From: Candidatus Hermodarchaeota archaeon
GTDB lineage: Archaea; Asgardarchaeota; Hermodarchaeia; Hermodarchaeales; Hermodarchaeaceae
Assembly: GCA_016839365.1 (NCBI GenBank)
Contig: JAEOUH010000070.1
Coordinates: 4,166 to 68,165 of the forward strand
DNA: 64,000 nucleotides
Direction of reading: 5' to 3'
Shown here: piece by piece, positions 8,974 to 18,188 of the stretch
Numbering within the stretch: position 1 is the first letter of the stretch
How the letters are laid out: each line of letters opens with the position of its first letter
The notes under the pieces: model-generated
Databases searched by the model: none
What the model was told of the DNA's origin: nothing
The model's input: the letters and a program-made list of their open reading frames with translations, nothing else
Position numbers and translations under genes: made by a program

Positions 8974-10593
8974 TTACGTTAACAAAATACTGGACCAAAA
9001 CGAGGCAACCTCTTCACGCGTTTCATAATTCATAAGGCCATAATTTGCTAATTGTCGGGTTCCTCGTTGCACATTCTCTGCACTGAAAGGACGCTGAATC
9101 CAATTAACCCGTTCAGCAATCTCATCCAGTTGTTGCTGAAAACGGGGGTTCGATCGAATTTCGGTTCGCATGAGTTGAATCAATTGCTCACCAAAGACAT
9201 CATCAGAATAACTTAATTGCAGATGAGCACCGATTTCCTTTCGGAGTGATAAGGGTGGAATCACCCCATACTGCCCTTCGGCATGCTCAATTTTTGCTGT
9301 GAAAACAGGAATAACAATTTGCATTAAGGGAAGATACCCTTGGAGGGTATCAGCTGGCGCACTAATCGCTTCAAATCGCCTGTGTTCTTGTTCCACTTTA
9401 TTTTTCAATTGCTTAATCGTTTCTTTTAATTCTGCATGGAGCTTGATGATTGCTTCACGAATCATATTGAGCTCCGAGAGCTTTGGTCCTTTAGTCGGTT
9501 CCGCTGGCGCTGGTTGAGAATAGACAAGAGAACCAGTGGGAAAAGGCGGGGAAATCTGATCAGATGAAGGACCGTTCCTGATTTGGTCACGACTCCAAGC
9601 AAAACGAGTGCGGGCATCACGCAGCTCTTCTGTTTTTTCATCCAAATCTGTAAGTGACTGCTGAATCGATATCTGGAAGACATTTGCGGTGTTCTCTAAT
9701 TCTAATAGCCGCGTCTTCACATTGGCAATATGCCATTCTACTTCTGTTGGTTTTGCTTTGATGGAACTCACAAGGCGACGGCACTGTTCTGTGGATAATC
9801 CAAGGGTGTTGGCTAGACGGCTAACAATTTGCGCTAGCTCACTTGAGATACGCTGTTTTTCTTTTTCCAGTTCCGCTGTAGGTTCATCAGCAAAAAAGGA
9901 GGTCTGAGGTTCACTTTCAATCGGAGTGGCTTCCCAACGCAAGGAGGCACCACGGGACAGTCGATCACGACTGGCATCTAGCAAACGGATATTCTCTTCA
10001 ACAAATTCATCGATCAAACTCTCAGCCTGGCTCAACTGAGCAAGATTCGCATCGAGTTGAGCACGCTCATTCCGAAACAGAATCCCTACATCATGAATTT
10101 CTTTTGTAGATAATCGAGATGGTAAAACCTCTTCATCACCTGGTGGAGGAATAGCAGAATCAACCAATACACGGAGAGTATCTATCATTGTTGGTAGCAT
10201 AGCATTCCGGATAACAACTAGTTCCGAAGGAGGTTTTTCGAAACCTTCAATAAATTCACCCAATAATTTGGGGACCAACTCGATCTTCTCAATATTACGG
10301 AGTTCCGCACGCATCTGAACAAGCGAAGGAATTGATGAATGACGCACTGAAATTGTCGGTTCGCCAACACCGCTGATAATCAAACTTCGACCCGGTAGAG
10401 CATGAACAAGATAGAAGGGTAAATAGACTTTCGAAAAATAAGAGAAAGACACTGGTTCCCGAATCTGTTTCTGTAAAAATAAAAGAGCCGAGGCTAGGTC
10501 AGCCTCAGGAGTTGATGAAAAACCATCTTTCATAGCGTCAGGAGGACCTTGGATGAATGCTGCAACCTTTGTAATTGCCATGTAACCACTCAA
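8974..10593 (-). CDS. large coiled-coil protein, uncharacterised
   Basis: 539-aa uninterrupted ORF. N-terminal globular part (VYLPFYLVHALPGRSLIISG), then long heptad-like, Glu/Leu/Arg/Gln-rich segments. No catalytic motif recognised. Confidence 0.55.
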   Translation of the reverse strand: MSGYMAITKVAAFIQGPPDAMKDGFSSTPEADLASALLFLQKQIREPVSFSYFSKVYLPFYLVHALPGRSLIISGVGEPTISVRHSSIPSLVQMRAELRNIEKIELVPKLLGEFIEGFEKPPSELVVIRNAMLPTMIDTLRVLVDSAIPPPGDEEVLPSRLSTKEIHDVGILFRNERAQLDANLAQLSQAESLIDEFVEENIRLLDASRDRLSRGASLRWEATPIESEPQTSFFADEPTAELEKEKQRISSELAQIVSRLANTLGLSTEQCRRLVSSIKAKPTEVEWHIANVKTRLLELENTANVFQISIQQSLTDLDEKTEELRDARTRFAWSRDQIRNGPSSDQISPPFPTGSLVYSQPAPAEPTKGPKLSELNMIREAIIKLHAELKETIKQLKNKVEQEHRRFEAISAPADTLQGYLPLMQIVIPVFTAKIEHAEGQYGVIPPLSLRKEIGAHLQLSYSDDVFGEQLIQLMRTEIRSNPRFQQQLDEIAERVNWIQRPFSAENVQRGTRQLANYGLMNYETREEVASFWSSILLT

Positions 10594-10709
10594 CCCGCGA
10601 AGATGATGTTCACGCCGCTAACTTGAACCAACGAAGGGGCGAAGTATAATCTTTTTGGCTAAGGTATTCCCCATGGGTAGGTTAACTAGTCTTTCGGAAA
10701 TGAATCTCC

Positions 10710-12089
10710 ATGACCCAAAATATAATTGTAATAGGATGTGGCACCGCCGGTGCGGCCGCAACCCTCCAGGCTCGCAAGATTAGTCGAGATGCCACTATCA
10801 CCATCATCCAGGATGAATCTCTTCCTGAATACAGTCGATGTGGACTACCCTATACAGTCAATCGTGTAATTCCCCGAATCGAGGACATCATCATTCATCC
10901 TGAATCCTTCTATACCGGTAATCTGGTACGGGCTGACTTACGGCTGAACACCAAGGCTCTAGCGGTCGACCCGAAGAAGAAAACTGTGACTATCAAGACC
11001 CCTGAAGGGGAGACTGACTCACTTTCATATGATGCTTTAATCTTTGCCACAGGGGCACGACCCAGCACACCCCCTATTGATGGTTTGGATGCACCCCATG
11101 TAAACCGTCTTCACACCTTAGAGGATGCTAAACAGCTTCAGACTGTGGCTAAGAAAGCGAAAACAGCTGCAATTATTGGTGCAGGGCTCGTGGGACTCGA
11201 AACGGCAGAAGCACTTCACTCCTTAGGTCTTAGGATCACAGTAATCGAATTCTTACCCCAGGTACTACCAGCCATGGTTGATGACGATATGGGAGTTTTA
11301 ATCCAAAAACAAATGGAAGCCAAAGGACTCACCGTCAAACTAAGTACTACAGCAAAACAAGTCACCAAAACCCATGTGGTTGTGGCTGATCGTGAAACGA
11401 ACACCGAAGAAGAAATCCGTGCAGATCTTGTTGTAGTAGCCACAGGCGTCCGTGCAAATACAAGCTTAGCGAAAGATGCAGGGATTACACTTGGTGAACG
11501 CGGAGGGATTCGTATAGATAACCGGATGGCAACCAATTATTCGAATATCTATGCAGCTGGTGATTGCGCAGAACATGACGATTTAGTAACCGGTCAGAGT
11601 ATCGTCTCAGGACTTGGAAGTATTGCCCTGCGACAAGGCGAAGTTGCTGGTATCAATGCCGCTGGGGGATCGGCGGAATTACAAGGAGTGTTATTAGCTC
11701 GAACAACTCATCTTTTTGGTCTCGAAATCGCAGGAGTGGGACCTACGCGTGTCGTAGCCGAAAAGGCCAATCTTCCAGTTCTTGCTGGTAAATTTAAGGG
11801 CAGCCGAACCGCTGAATATTATCCAAGTGAAGAGGATGTTACAGTGAAGCTTTTGGCAAATAAGGATACTGGACTCTTACTCGGAGGACAAGTCATTGGT
11901 CCCTGTGCCCACCAACGAGTAAATGTGCTCTGCGCCGCTATATCAGCGAAAATGACGGTACGAGATGTGGCTGACCTAGAAACCTGTTATGCTCCTCCTG
12001 TAGCCCCAATCCGTGAACCATTTACCCTAGCAGCCCAAATCCTGGCACTACGGTATGAACGCATGCAGGAAAAGAAGCAAAAAGGTTAG
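10710..12089 (+). CDS. CoA-disulfide reductase / NAD(P)H oxidase family flavoprotein (single redox-active Cys)
   Basis: FAD Rossmann motif IIVIGCGTAGAAA, redox Cys motif YSRCGLPY, second Rossmann motif AAIIGAGLVGLE, and AAGDCA. Confidence 0.85.
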   Translation: MTQNIIVIGCGTAGAAATLQARKISRDATITIIQDESLPEYSRCGLPYTVNRVIPRIEDIIIHPESFYTGNLVRADLRLNTKALAVDPKKKTVTIKTPEGETDSLSYDALIFATGARPSTPPIDGLDAPHVNRLHTLEDAKQLQTVAKKAKTAAIIGAGLVGLETAEALHSLGLRITVIEFLPQVLPAMVDDDMGVLIQKQMEAKGLTVKLSTTAKQVTKTHVVVADRETNTEEEIRADLVVVATGVRANTSLAKDAGITLGERGGIRIDNRMATNYSNIYAAGDCAEHDDLVTGQSIVSGLGSIALRQGEVAGINAAGGSAELQGVLLARTTHLFGLEIAGVGPTRVVAEKANLPVLAGKFKGSRTAEYYPSEEDVTVKLLANKDTGLLLGGQVIGPCAHQRVNVLCAAISAKMTVRDVADLETCYAPPVAPIREPFTLAAQILALRYERMQEKKQKG

Positions 12090-12101
12090 CAGGAACTTTG
12101 C

Positions 12102-12551
12102 CTAGTCCGCTTGCTTGAGCTTCTCAATGGCCAAGACTACGCCTTGGATGATTGCTTCTGGTTTTGGTGGACAGCCCGGAACATACACATCAACTGGGAT
12201 CACCGTATCAACCCCACCAACAATTGTGTGAGTTTCTTTGATTTCTGCTCCTTTCCCATCAACATAGATGCCACCAGTACAGGCGCATGTTCCCAATGCC
12301 ACCACGGCCTTTGGGGCGAGCATTTGGTCATATATTCGCTTGATAAACACCTTCGAATGCTTTGACAATCAACCATTCGTGATGAGAATATCTGCATGGC
12401 GAGGATTCTGCTTCCATAGTACACCTAATCGTTCCACGTCGAATCGAGGTGTCAACACATCTAGTACCTCGATATCACAATTGTTACACCCACCAGCATG
12501 GAGTACTGCAATCCAAGGGGATTTCCCACGAGCCCAACGCATCACACTCAT
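12102..12551 (-). CDS. group 4 [NiFe]-hydrogenase small subunit (NuoB/MbhJ/EchC-like), interrupted by an in-frame TGA at 12371..12369
   Basis: N-part HAGGCNNCDIE...PRHADILITNG. The TGA is followed directly in the same frame by TTG TCA AAG: LSKHSKVFIKRIYDQM..ALGTCACTGGIY..VPGCPP. Together these carry all four cluster Cys motifs of NuoB-type subunits. Confidence 0.75.
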
Positions 12552-12563
12552 TTCTATCCCACC

Positions 12564-13148
12564 TTACAACTTCAATTCCATAAGCTCTCGTGTAGACATT
12601 GATCCCCTTAACACAAAGTACCGATATCCAAGAATCAAGAGAACAAGAACGAGTATTCCCGCTGTCAACATCAACACACCTTCGATGACGATGTCGAATC
12701 CGGGTGTAAGTAAATGTAGAGAATAGACCAGTAGTGATAAACTGGCAACGGTTTTACGTATATCCGTCTTCACCACTAGTCCAAAGATGCCGATTAGTAT
12801 TAGGGACCATTCAATCCCAGCCACTCCCAAAACGAATAGTGAGACAACATAACTGATGATAATTAGGACAACGAGTACAACGCTCGAAAGTATGCCCTGA
12901 AGTAATGGGGGCTCTTCGGTTGGCTTGGTGTACACAGTTATAATGAACAGGGCTAATGGTAGGAGAACGATGGAGTACACTGCTAAGGGAAGTATTTCGA
13001 TGTAAACTCCATCGAGAAGAGCGCCCACAGTGAAGAGGCCACCGAGGATTCCTAGAAGCACTGTGATGAAGCGGAAATCATCAATCTCGATAATCGCGAC
13101 CGCAATGATAAGAATAACAAGACCAATAATTGTGTTCACGACTCCCAC
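12564..13148 (-). CDS. hydrogenase-associated integral membrane subunit (unassigned; Mbh/Mrp small-subunit-like)
   Basis: 194 aa, about 6 TM helices, embedded between the NuoI-like and NuoB-like genes. A GTG at 13139 overlaps the upstream TGA (GTGA) and follows GGAGG, so it is the likelier start. Confidence 0.5.
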   Translation of the reverse strand: MGVVNTIIGLVILIIAVAIIEIDDFRFITVLLGILGGLFTVGALLDGVYIEILPLAVYSIVLLPLALFIITVYTKPTEEPPLLQGILSSVVLVVLIIISYVVSLFVLGVAGIEWSLILIGIFGLVVKTDIRKTVASLSLLVYSLHLLTPGFDIVIEGVLMLTAGILVLVLLILGYRYFVLRGSMSTRELMELKL

Positions 13149-13702
13149 CTCCGGGCATAGTATTTCTGCGTGTGGGTATTCAACTCATAACTCAGTTTTC
13201 TCCGGCATTCACCACAAAGGGTCTCATACTTGGGAAGATCTCTAACCACTTCTTCCTTAACTGTTGCATCAACATTGGTCATAATTCGTTCCTTGATTTT
13301 ATCCAAGTGTTTACGTGTGGAGATTACATCTCCACATTGGGAACATCGAACCAATTTGAATACAATCGTCACTTCTGCATTTTTCTTATCCGTTGTCGCT
13401 AGTTCAAACTGCTCAGTTAAGCTAATCCCATCTTCGGGGCAGATATCCTCACAACGACCGCAAAACACACAACGTGGGTAAAAGATACTTAGTGTCCGTG
13501 TATCGCCCTCATCTTTCATCGAAATCGCATTCGCCGAACAACAGACCACACACGCTCCGCATCCGATGCAGTTTTCATCACTGAATTGGGGCAACCCTCG
13601 AAGCCCTGGAGGCACGTGGCTGGGGGGACCATGGGGGTATTTGGTGGTGGCTGGTTTAAATAACGCCTTCAAAGCTTCTTTTATCGCTGTGATTTTAACC
13701 AT
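13136..13702 (-). CDS. 2x[4Fe-4S] ferredoxin subunit (NuoI/MbhN/EchF-like) with extra C-terminal Cys4 ribbon
   Basis: CIGCGACVVCC and CVFCGRCEDICP cluster motifs. Additional CSQCG...CGECRRK at the C-terminus. Confidence 0.8.
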   Translation of the reverse strand: MVKITAIKEALKALFKPATTKYPHGPPSHVPPGLRGLPQFSDENCIGCGACVVCCSANAISMKDEGDTRTLSIFYPRCVFCGRCEDICPEDGISLTEQFELATTDKKNAEVTIVFKLVRCSQCGDVISTRKHLDKIKERIMTNVDATVKEEVVRDLPKYETLCGECRRKLSYELNTHTQKYYARRWES

Positions 13703-13703
13703 T

Positions 13704-14684
13704 TTAAAATCCCACCAACACGCGAATTAGGGAGAAGAGGGCAAAGGCCAAGCACACGGTTAGGAACCATTTGAACACGTGACTTATTCGGTACCGTGCG
13801 CTGGCGACATGGACAATCGTCATAAGAATAACGATGACTAAGCACTTCGCTAGAAAGATGAGAAGGTCAAAGGGGAAGACGAAGCCAACACCTCCACCCA
13901 GATACAGGTCGACAAACAGAGCAGTAAAGACATAGAACCGAAACAGCCGTGCGAGTTCAAAGATGCCAAGGAGGGGTCCACCATACTCCGTTAATGATCC
14001 TGCAAAGATCTCCTGCTCGGCTTCAGGTATGTCCCCAAAGGGGCGCATCCATGATTTCGTTAGTAATGTCAAAAAAAGCGCTATGGCTGCAAGTGGATAA
14101 CGGAATAGGAACCAGTTGGGCAGGATCCAAATGAAGGTGCCCTGTTGGGCTGAAATAACATCAGTGATGGACAACGAGAAGCTGAAACCTCCACGGGCAA
14201 GGGCTAGCGATGGAATGAGGAGGGCAATGGCTAGTGGAAGCTCCACACTCAGAATCATCACCACTTCGCGACTTGCCCCAATCTTCCCCCAGGTAGAGCC
14301 TGAGGCCCATCCAGCAATGACGAAGGCTAGTGAAAACATGACTGAAAAATACAGAATGACGATAAGATCGAAGGCTAGGGGACCTGGCCAGAGTGGGGTT
14401 CCTGGAGGTATCATGAAACTCAGAATGAGGATAGCGCTCAATGCAAGTAGTGGCGAAAGGATGTAAAGGAATTTGTTCGATAGGGCTGGGGTAAACCGTT
14501 CCTTCCCGAAGAGCTTGATGATGTCTGCAATGGGCTGATATGCGGGGGGGCCTCTTCGGGCTTGCAACCGTGCAGACAGTTTTCTGAACACCCATGATGC
14601 CCCCCAGCTGAAGAAAAACGCTAGTCCAATCACCGCGAAATAGAGGGCAATAATGAACAGATAATCAAATACTGTCTGCATCAT
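13704..14684 (-). CDS. membrane subunit NuoH/MbhM/EchB-like
   Basis: RKLSARLQARRGPP..QPIADIIKLFGKE signature of the NuoH/HycD family, 8 TM. The ATG at 14684 overlaps the upstream stop (ATGA) and follows GGTGGA. Confidence 0.85.
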   Translation of the reverse strand: MMQTVFDYLFIIALYFAVIGLAFFFSWGASWVFRKLSARLQARRGPPAYQPIADIIKLFGKERFTPALSNKFLYILSPLLALSAILILSFMIPPGTPLWPGPLAFDLIVILYFSVMFSLAFVIAGWASGSTWGKIGASREVVMILSVELPLAIALLIPSLALARGGFSFSLSITDVISAQQGTFIWILPNWFLFRYPLAAIALFLTLLTKSWMRPFGDIPEAEQEIFAGSLTEYGGPLLGIFELARLFRFYVFTALFVDLYLGGGVGFVFPFDLLIFLAKCLVIVILMTIVHVASARYRISHVFKWFLTVCLAFALFSLIRVLVGF

Positions 14685-16528
14685 ATCCACCCCACGAAGA
14701 GCAACGAAAGGAGTAGTAAGGCAAAGAGGACAAACCACACAATATAGAAGTTCACTAAACCTGTGTGTGTCCGTCTAAATCCATTCAGTAGTGGTTTAAA
14801 AGGATGTGAAAACACTGTGGAGGCAGGCCGGGCTTCATCGACCTTCAAATACGGGTCTTTGAGAGCACCTCCAGTAAAGGGCATGGTCTTTTCATCCGCT
14901 TTTATGGGCTGGGCGCCACCCTTGATTCTGTAAAGAACATATCCCACAATCAGACCGATGAAAAGTAAAGTGGCTAGTAAGAACAAATCCAGGGATACCC
15001 AGAATAATGGATTCATTGGGGGCGGGATGGCAGTGGGTAAGAGAACAACGGTAGCAGGGAAAATCAACAAGACTAAGGCGATTTGTGGAAGAAAGCCAAA
15101 TAGGATGCAACCTGCCGCTAAAATCAGGGAGGGAACCACCATGATTTTTGGTGCAGGATGTACTTTATCGTAGGTGCCTGGTGCCTGCCCAAGGAATACG
15201 GAGCATAACAACCGGAGAAAGACAGCGAAAGTCAAGGCGGATGTAAATATCGCTATTAACGCAAAGGCTGGTTGTCCAGCGGCGATGCAGGCGTTATAGA
15301 TCATCCACTTGCTAGTAAAGCCGTTAAGGAGCGGAACGCCGGCAATCGCTAGCGATCCAATGAGCATCACATATCCGGTGGTGGGCATCGCTTGAAGTAA
15401 TCCGCCCAGTTTATTGATGTCACGGGTTCCCGTTTCGTGTTCAATTGCCCCAGCACTGAAGAAAAGGACTGATTTGAAGAGGCTGTGGTTCAGTAGGTGG
15501 AAGAGTCCGGCAGTGATACCACCAGCTGCCACGACTAGCCACAGGGAATCAGCTGATAGGCTATAGTAGGTAATAGCCAACCCACCAATGCCTAATCCAA
15601 GGATTACATAACCCATCTGGCTCACGCTGTCAAAGGCGAGGAGTCGCTTCAAATCATCTTGAGCGAAGGCAATAATGACACAGACAAGCATCGTGAGAAC
15701 ACCCAAGCTGCAGATCACCACCCAGAAAGTTACACTAATGAAAAATGAGTAGAACAAGAGGAGGATCAGGAACGCAGGCATACCTGCAACTTTAATCATC
15801 ATCGCGTGGAGGAGGGTACTGATCGACGCTGGTGCTGCGGTGGAAGCATCAGGGAGCCAGGTGTGAATCGGGAAGGATGGCACCTTTACCAGAAATCCAA
15901 GGAAGATTAGAAATAGTGATAATTTGCCGATAAATCCCGTTAGTATCCCCGAAGTGAGAAGAAACTCGATGCTAAAGACCCCGATTCCAGCATAACCAAA
16001 CACCTGCGCTTCTTGGTATATCAGTCCAAGTCCAACAATTACGAAGATGGAAGCAAAAAACTGAATGATTAGATATTTAATTCCACCTTCCAGGGAGGTG
16101 GTTTTGAAGTGATGTGCAATGAGGAAGGTCGAGGTAATGGTTGCCAGTTCAGCAAACACGAAGACCCAAAACAAGTTCCAACTGTATGCCATACCCACAA
16201 GGCTGCCCATGGTCAATAACACAAACACACTATAAGAGCTCTTACGGTGCTCAATATAGCGAATTGAGTACATAACAACTAGGAACCCGATGAAGGTGGC
16301 GATGAGTGCAATCAGGTTCGTGTATCCATTCACCGTGAAATCTAATCCCAAAATTCCAGGTAAACTAATCCAAGGTGGAAATAAGAGGAAATTCAGGATG
16401 ACCGCAAGGAGCGCAAACCCAGTCGCTAGAATTGAAATGACATCATTTGCCCTCTTAACCCTCAGACCAATGAGTGTGAGAGCAGCAGCAAGGTATAAGA
16501 CGATGATAATAATTGCGGGGTCAATCAT
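14681..16528 (-). CDS. antiporter-like membrane subunit (NuoL/M/N, MbhH, EchA, MrpD-like)
   Basis: 615 aa, more than 14 TM, with typical blocks WLPDA..APAS.S.LLHA...VKAG and FDSVSQMGY. Confidence 0.85.
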   Translation of the reverse strand: MIDPAIIIIVLYLAAALTLIGLRVKRANDVISILATGFALLAVILNFLLFPPWISLPGILGLDFTVNGYTNLIALIATFIGFLVVMYSIRYIEHRKSSYSVFVLLTMGSLVGMAYSWNLFWVFVFAELATITSTFLIAHHFKTTSLEGGIKYLIIQFFASIFVIVGLGLIYQEAQVFGYAGIGVFSIEFLLTSGILTGFIGKLSLFLIFLGFLVKVPSFPIHTWLPDASTAAPASISTLLHAMMIKVAGMPAFLILLLFYSFFISVTFWVVICSLGVLTMLVCVIIAFAQDDLKRLLAFDSVSQMGYVILGLGIGGLAITYYSLSADSLWLVVAAGGITAGLFHLLNHSLFKSVLFFSAGAIEHETGTRDINKLGGLLQAMPTTGYVMLIGSLAIAGVPLLNGFTSKWMIYNACIAAGQPAFALIAIFTSALTFAVFLRLLCSVFLGQAPGTYDKVHPAPKIMVVPSLILAAGCILFGFLPQIALVLLIFPATVVLLPTAIPPPMNPLFWVSLDLFLLATLLFIGLIVGYVLYRIKGGAQPIKADEKTMPFTGGALKDPYLKVDEARPASTVFSHPFKPLLNGFRRTHTGLVNFYIVWFVLFALLLLSLLFVGWI

Positions 16529-16535
16529 TGTACAA

Positions 16536-17717
16536 TCATCTGAAGGACTTAGATAGATCTCGTAGCGTTCCAGTTTTATGAATCTGGATCCTGTGATCGG
16601 TTACGCTACACATCCGATCGGTGCAGGCCATGCATGGATCGACGGATGCTACCGTGATGGGAACATCGGCTAGGGACTCTCCTGGGAGCATGAAGAGTAA
16701 CGCATAATCGTTCAGGTAAGAGGGAGTTCGGACTCTAGCCCGTTCAGGTATATTGGTGCCGTTTGAAACTAGATAGTACATGAGTTCCCCGCGGGGCGCC
16801 TCAACCCGACCCACAGCCTCTCCAGTGGGGAATTCCTTTACTTCTGCGCGGATAGGTCCCCCGACGGTTTTCAGTTTATCCAAACAGAATTGGCTGATTT
16901 TCACGGATTCTACAAGTTCACCTAATCGAACTATGGCCATAGAAAGGATGTCACCTCCCTCTGCGGTAATGATATCAAATGGAATCTCATCATAGGCTGC
17001 ATAGGGGTCATCCTTTCTGACATCAATAGCCATTCCCGTGGCTCGTGCTACGGGGCCTACTACGCAGATTTTTCTTGCGATTTCTTTGTCGAGAGTGCCA
17101 ATACCCTTTGTCCGGGCTCGTATTCCCCCATCTTCTAGAACAGCCTTAGTTGCCGTCTCTGTCGCTTTATGGAGTAGCTTCAGCTTCTCTTCGATTTTTG
17201 GAATCATATCTTTGTCTATATCCTTTCGAACGCCCCCAATGGTATTCATTGCATAATGTTGACGGTTTCCAGAAATCGCTTCGAGCACGTCAAGGACATG
17301 TTCTCGGTCCCGCCAAATCAACATGAATAGGGTTTTGAAACCAATAAGCTCCATCCCAACGCCAGCCCATAACAAGTGGCTGTGGATTCTTTCTAACTCG
17401 GCGATGAGGGTACGGATATATCGCGCACGATCTGGGAGCTCAATTCCACCGAGCATTTCAGCGGTTTGAGTATAGGCAGTTGTGTGGGCAGCGCTACAAA
17501 TGCCACAGACCCGTTCAAAGAGGTAAATGTTCTGATGATAACTACGGGATTCCGCCAGTTTCATGATACCCCGATAGTTGTATCCAAGCTTCAAGTCTAC
17601 ATCCAGAACTTTTTCGCCTTCGACTTTCAACTTGAAATATTCCCCTTCAAGGAGCGCCGGGTGAAAAGGACCTAATGGCACAACGTATTCGGGGGCCGTG
17701 ACTTTATCGATCTGCAT
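16536..17717 (-). CDS. group 4 [NiFe]-hydrogenase large (catalytic) subunit (MbhL/EchE/NuoD-like)
   Basis: N-terminal Ni-Fe ligand motif RVCGICSAAH and C-terminal DPCMACTDR. All four Cys are present. Confidence 0.9.
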   Translation of the reverse strand: MQIDKVTAPEYVVPLGPFHPALLEGEYFKLKVEGEKVLDVDLKLGYNYRGIMKLAESRSYHQNIYLFERVCGICSAAHTTAYTQTAEMLGGIELPDRARYIRTLIAELERIHSHLLWAGVGMELIGFKTLFMLIWRDREHVLDVLEAISGNRQHYAMNTIGGVRKDIDKDMIPKIEEKLKLLHKATETATKAVLEDGGIRARTKGIGTLDKEIARKICVVGPVARATGMAIDVRKDDPYAAYDEIPFDIITAEGGDILSMAIVRLGELVESVKISQFCLDKLKTVGGPIRAEVKEFPTGEAVGRVEAPRGELMYYLVSNGTNIPERARVRTPSYLNDYALLFMLPGESLADVPITVASVDPCMACTDRMCSVTDHRIQIHKTGTLRDLSKSFR

Positions 17718-17756
17718 GGGAATGGTTTTCTTTTTTAGTTTCTTCGGTGTTGGTAT

Positions 17757-18188
17757 CTAGCCCACCTCCTCCGACGGCCAAGCATAGGGGAGAAACAGTT
17801 TCCGGGGGTCAGGGTGGCCTTCGAAACTGATCCCTAGTAGATCCATTAGCTCCCTTTCAGCCCAATTGGCTGACCAAGCAATCTCAGTGACTGAATCGAT
17901 GACGGGTTTTTTTCGTGGGAGGCGGACCTTCAAAGCGAGATGTAGACCTTTTTCTTGATGGGAAAAATCAAAGTGGTAGACGAGATCGAAACCGTGTATC
18001 CCTTCATCGTTCGCTGAAATCGCGACTAATCGTCCATCCAGATTCTCAACTAATAATCGTGTAACAGGGCGAATATGTTGTGGTTTCAATCGGACGAAGA
18101 CTCGTGAATATTTGTCAATTTTTTCATCCTCATAATCGTCTTTGACTAAGGTGATTAATTGCTCTCGAATCGTATCCATTCGACCCAT
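17757..18188 (-). CDS. NuoC/MbhK-like hydrogenase subunit
   Basis: 143 aa, HF.L.YHF / W.ERE..D..GI.F.GHPD pattern (ANWAERELMDLLGISFEGHPD). Sits directly upstream of the large subunit. Confidence 0.8.
   Translation of the reverse strand: MGRMDTIREQLITLVKDDYEDEKIDKYSRVFVRLKPQHIRPVTRLLVENLDGRLVAISANDEGIHGFDLVYHFDFSHQEKGLHLALKVRLPRKKPVIDSVTEIAWSANWAERELMDLLGISFEGHPDPRKLFLPYAWPSEEVG

Noticed and set aside
12366-12371. Selenocysteine as the explanation for the in-frame TGA in the NuoB-like gene
   Set aside because: The aligned column in NuoB/Nqo6-type homologs is Arg, Thr or Pro, not Cys. Known Sec sites in hydrogenases are in the large subunit. Only 12 nt of 3-prime UTR exist before the convergent CoADR gene, which leaves little room for an archaeal 3-prime UTR SECIS. 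This is not fully excluded without a genome-wide check for Sec machinery.
12268-12726. 152-aa plus-strand ORF across the NuoB-like gene, and the many other antisense ORFs listed inside long genes (for example 14161..14595, 20591..20980, 35362..35700, 55642..56160)
   Set aside because: All lie antisense or out of frame within genes that have strong family motifs. They show skewed, low-complexity composition and no start context.
16536-17717. The membrane complex being an Mbx/Mbs-type sulfane reductase rather than a hydrogenase
   Set aside because: Both CxxC pairs of the Ni-Fe site are intact (RVCGICS and DPCMAC), whereas Mbx/Mbs catalytic subunits have lost part of these ligands.
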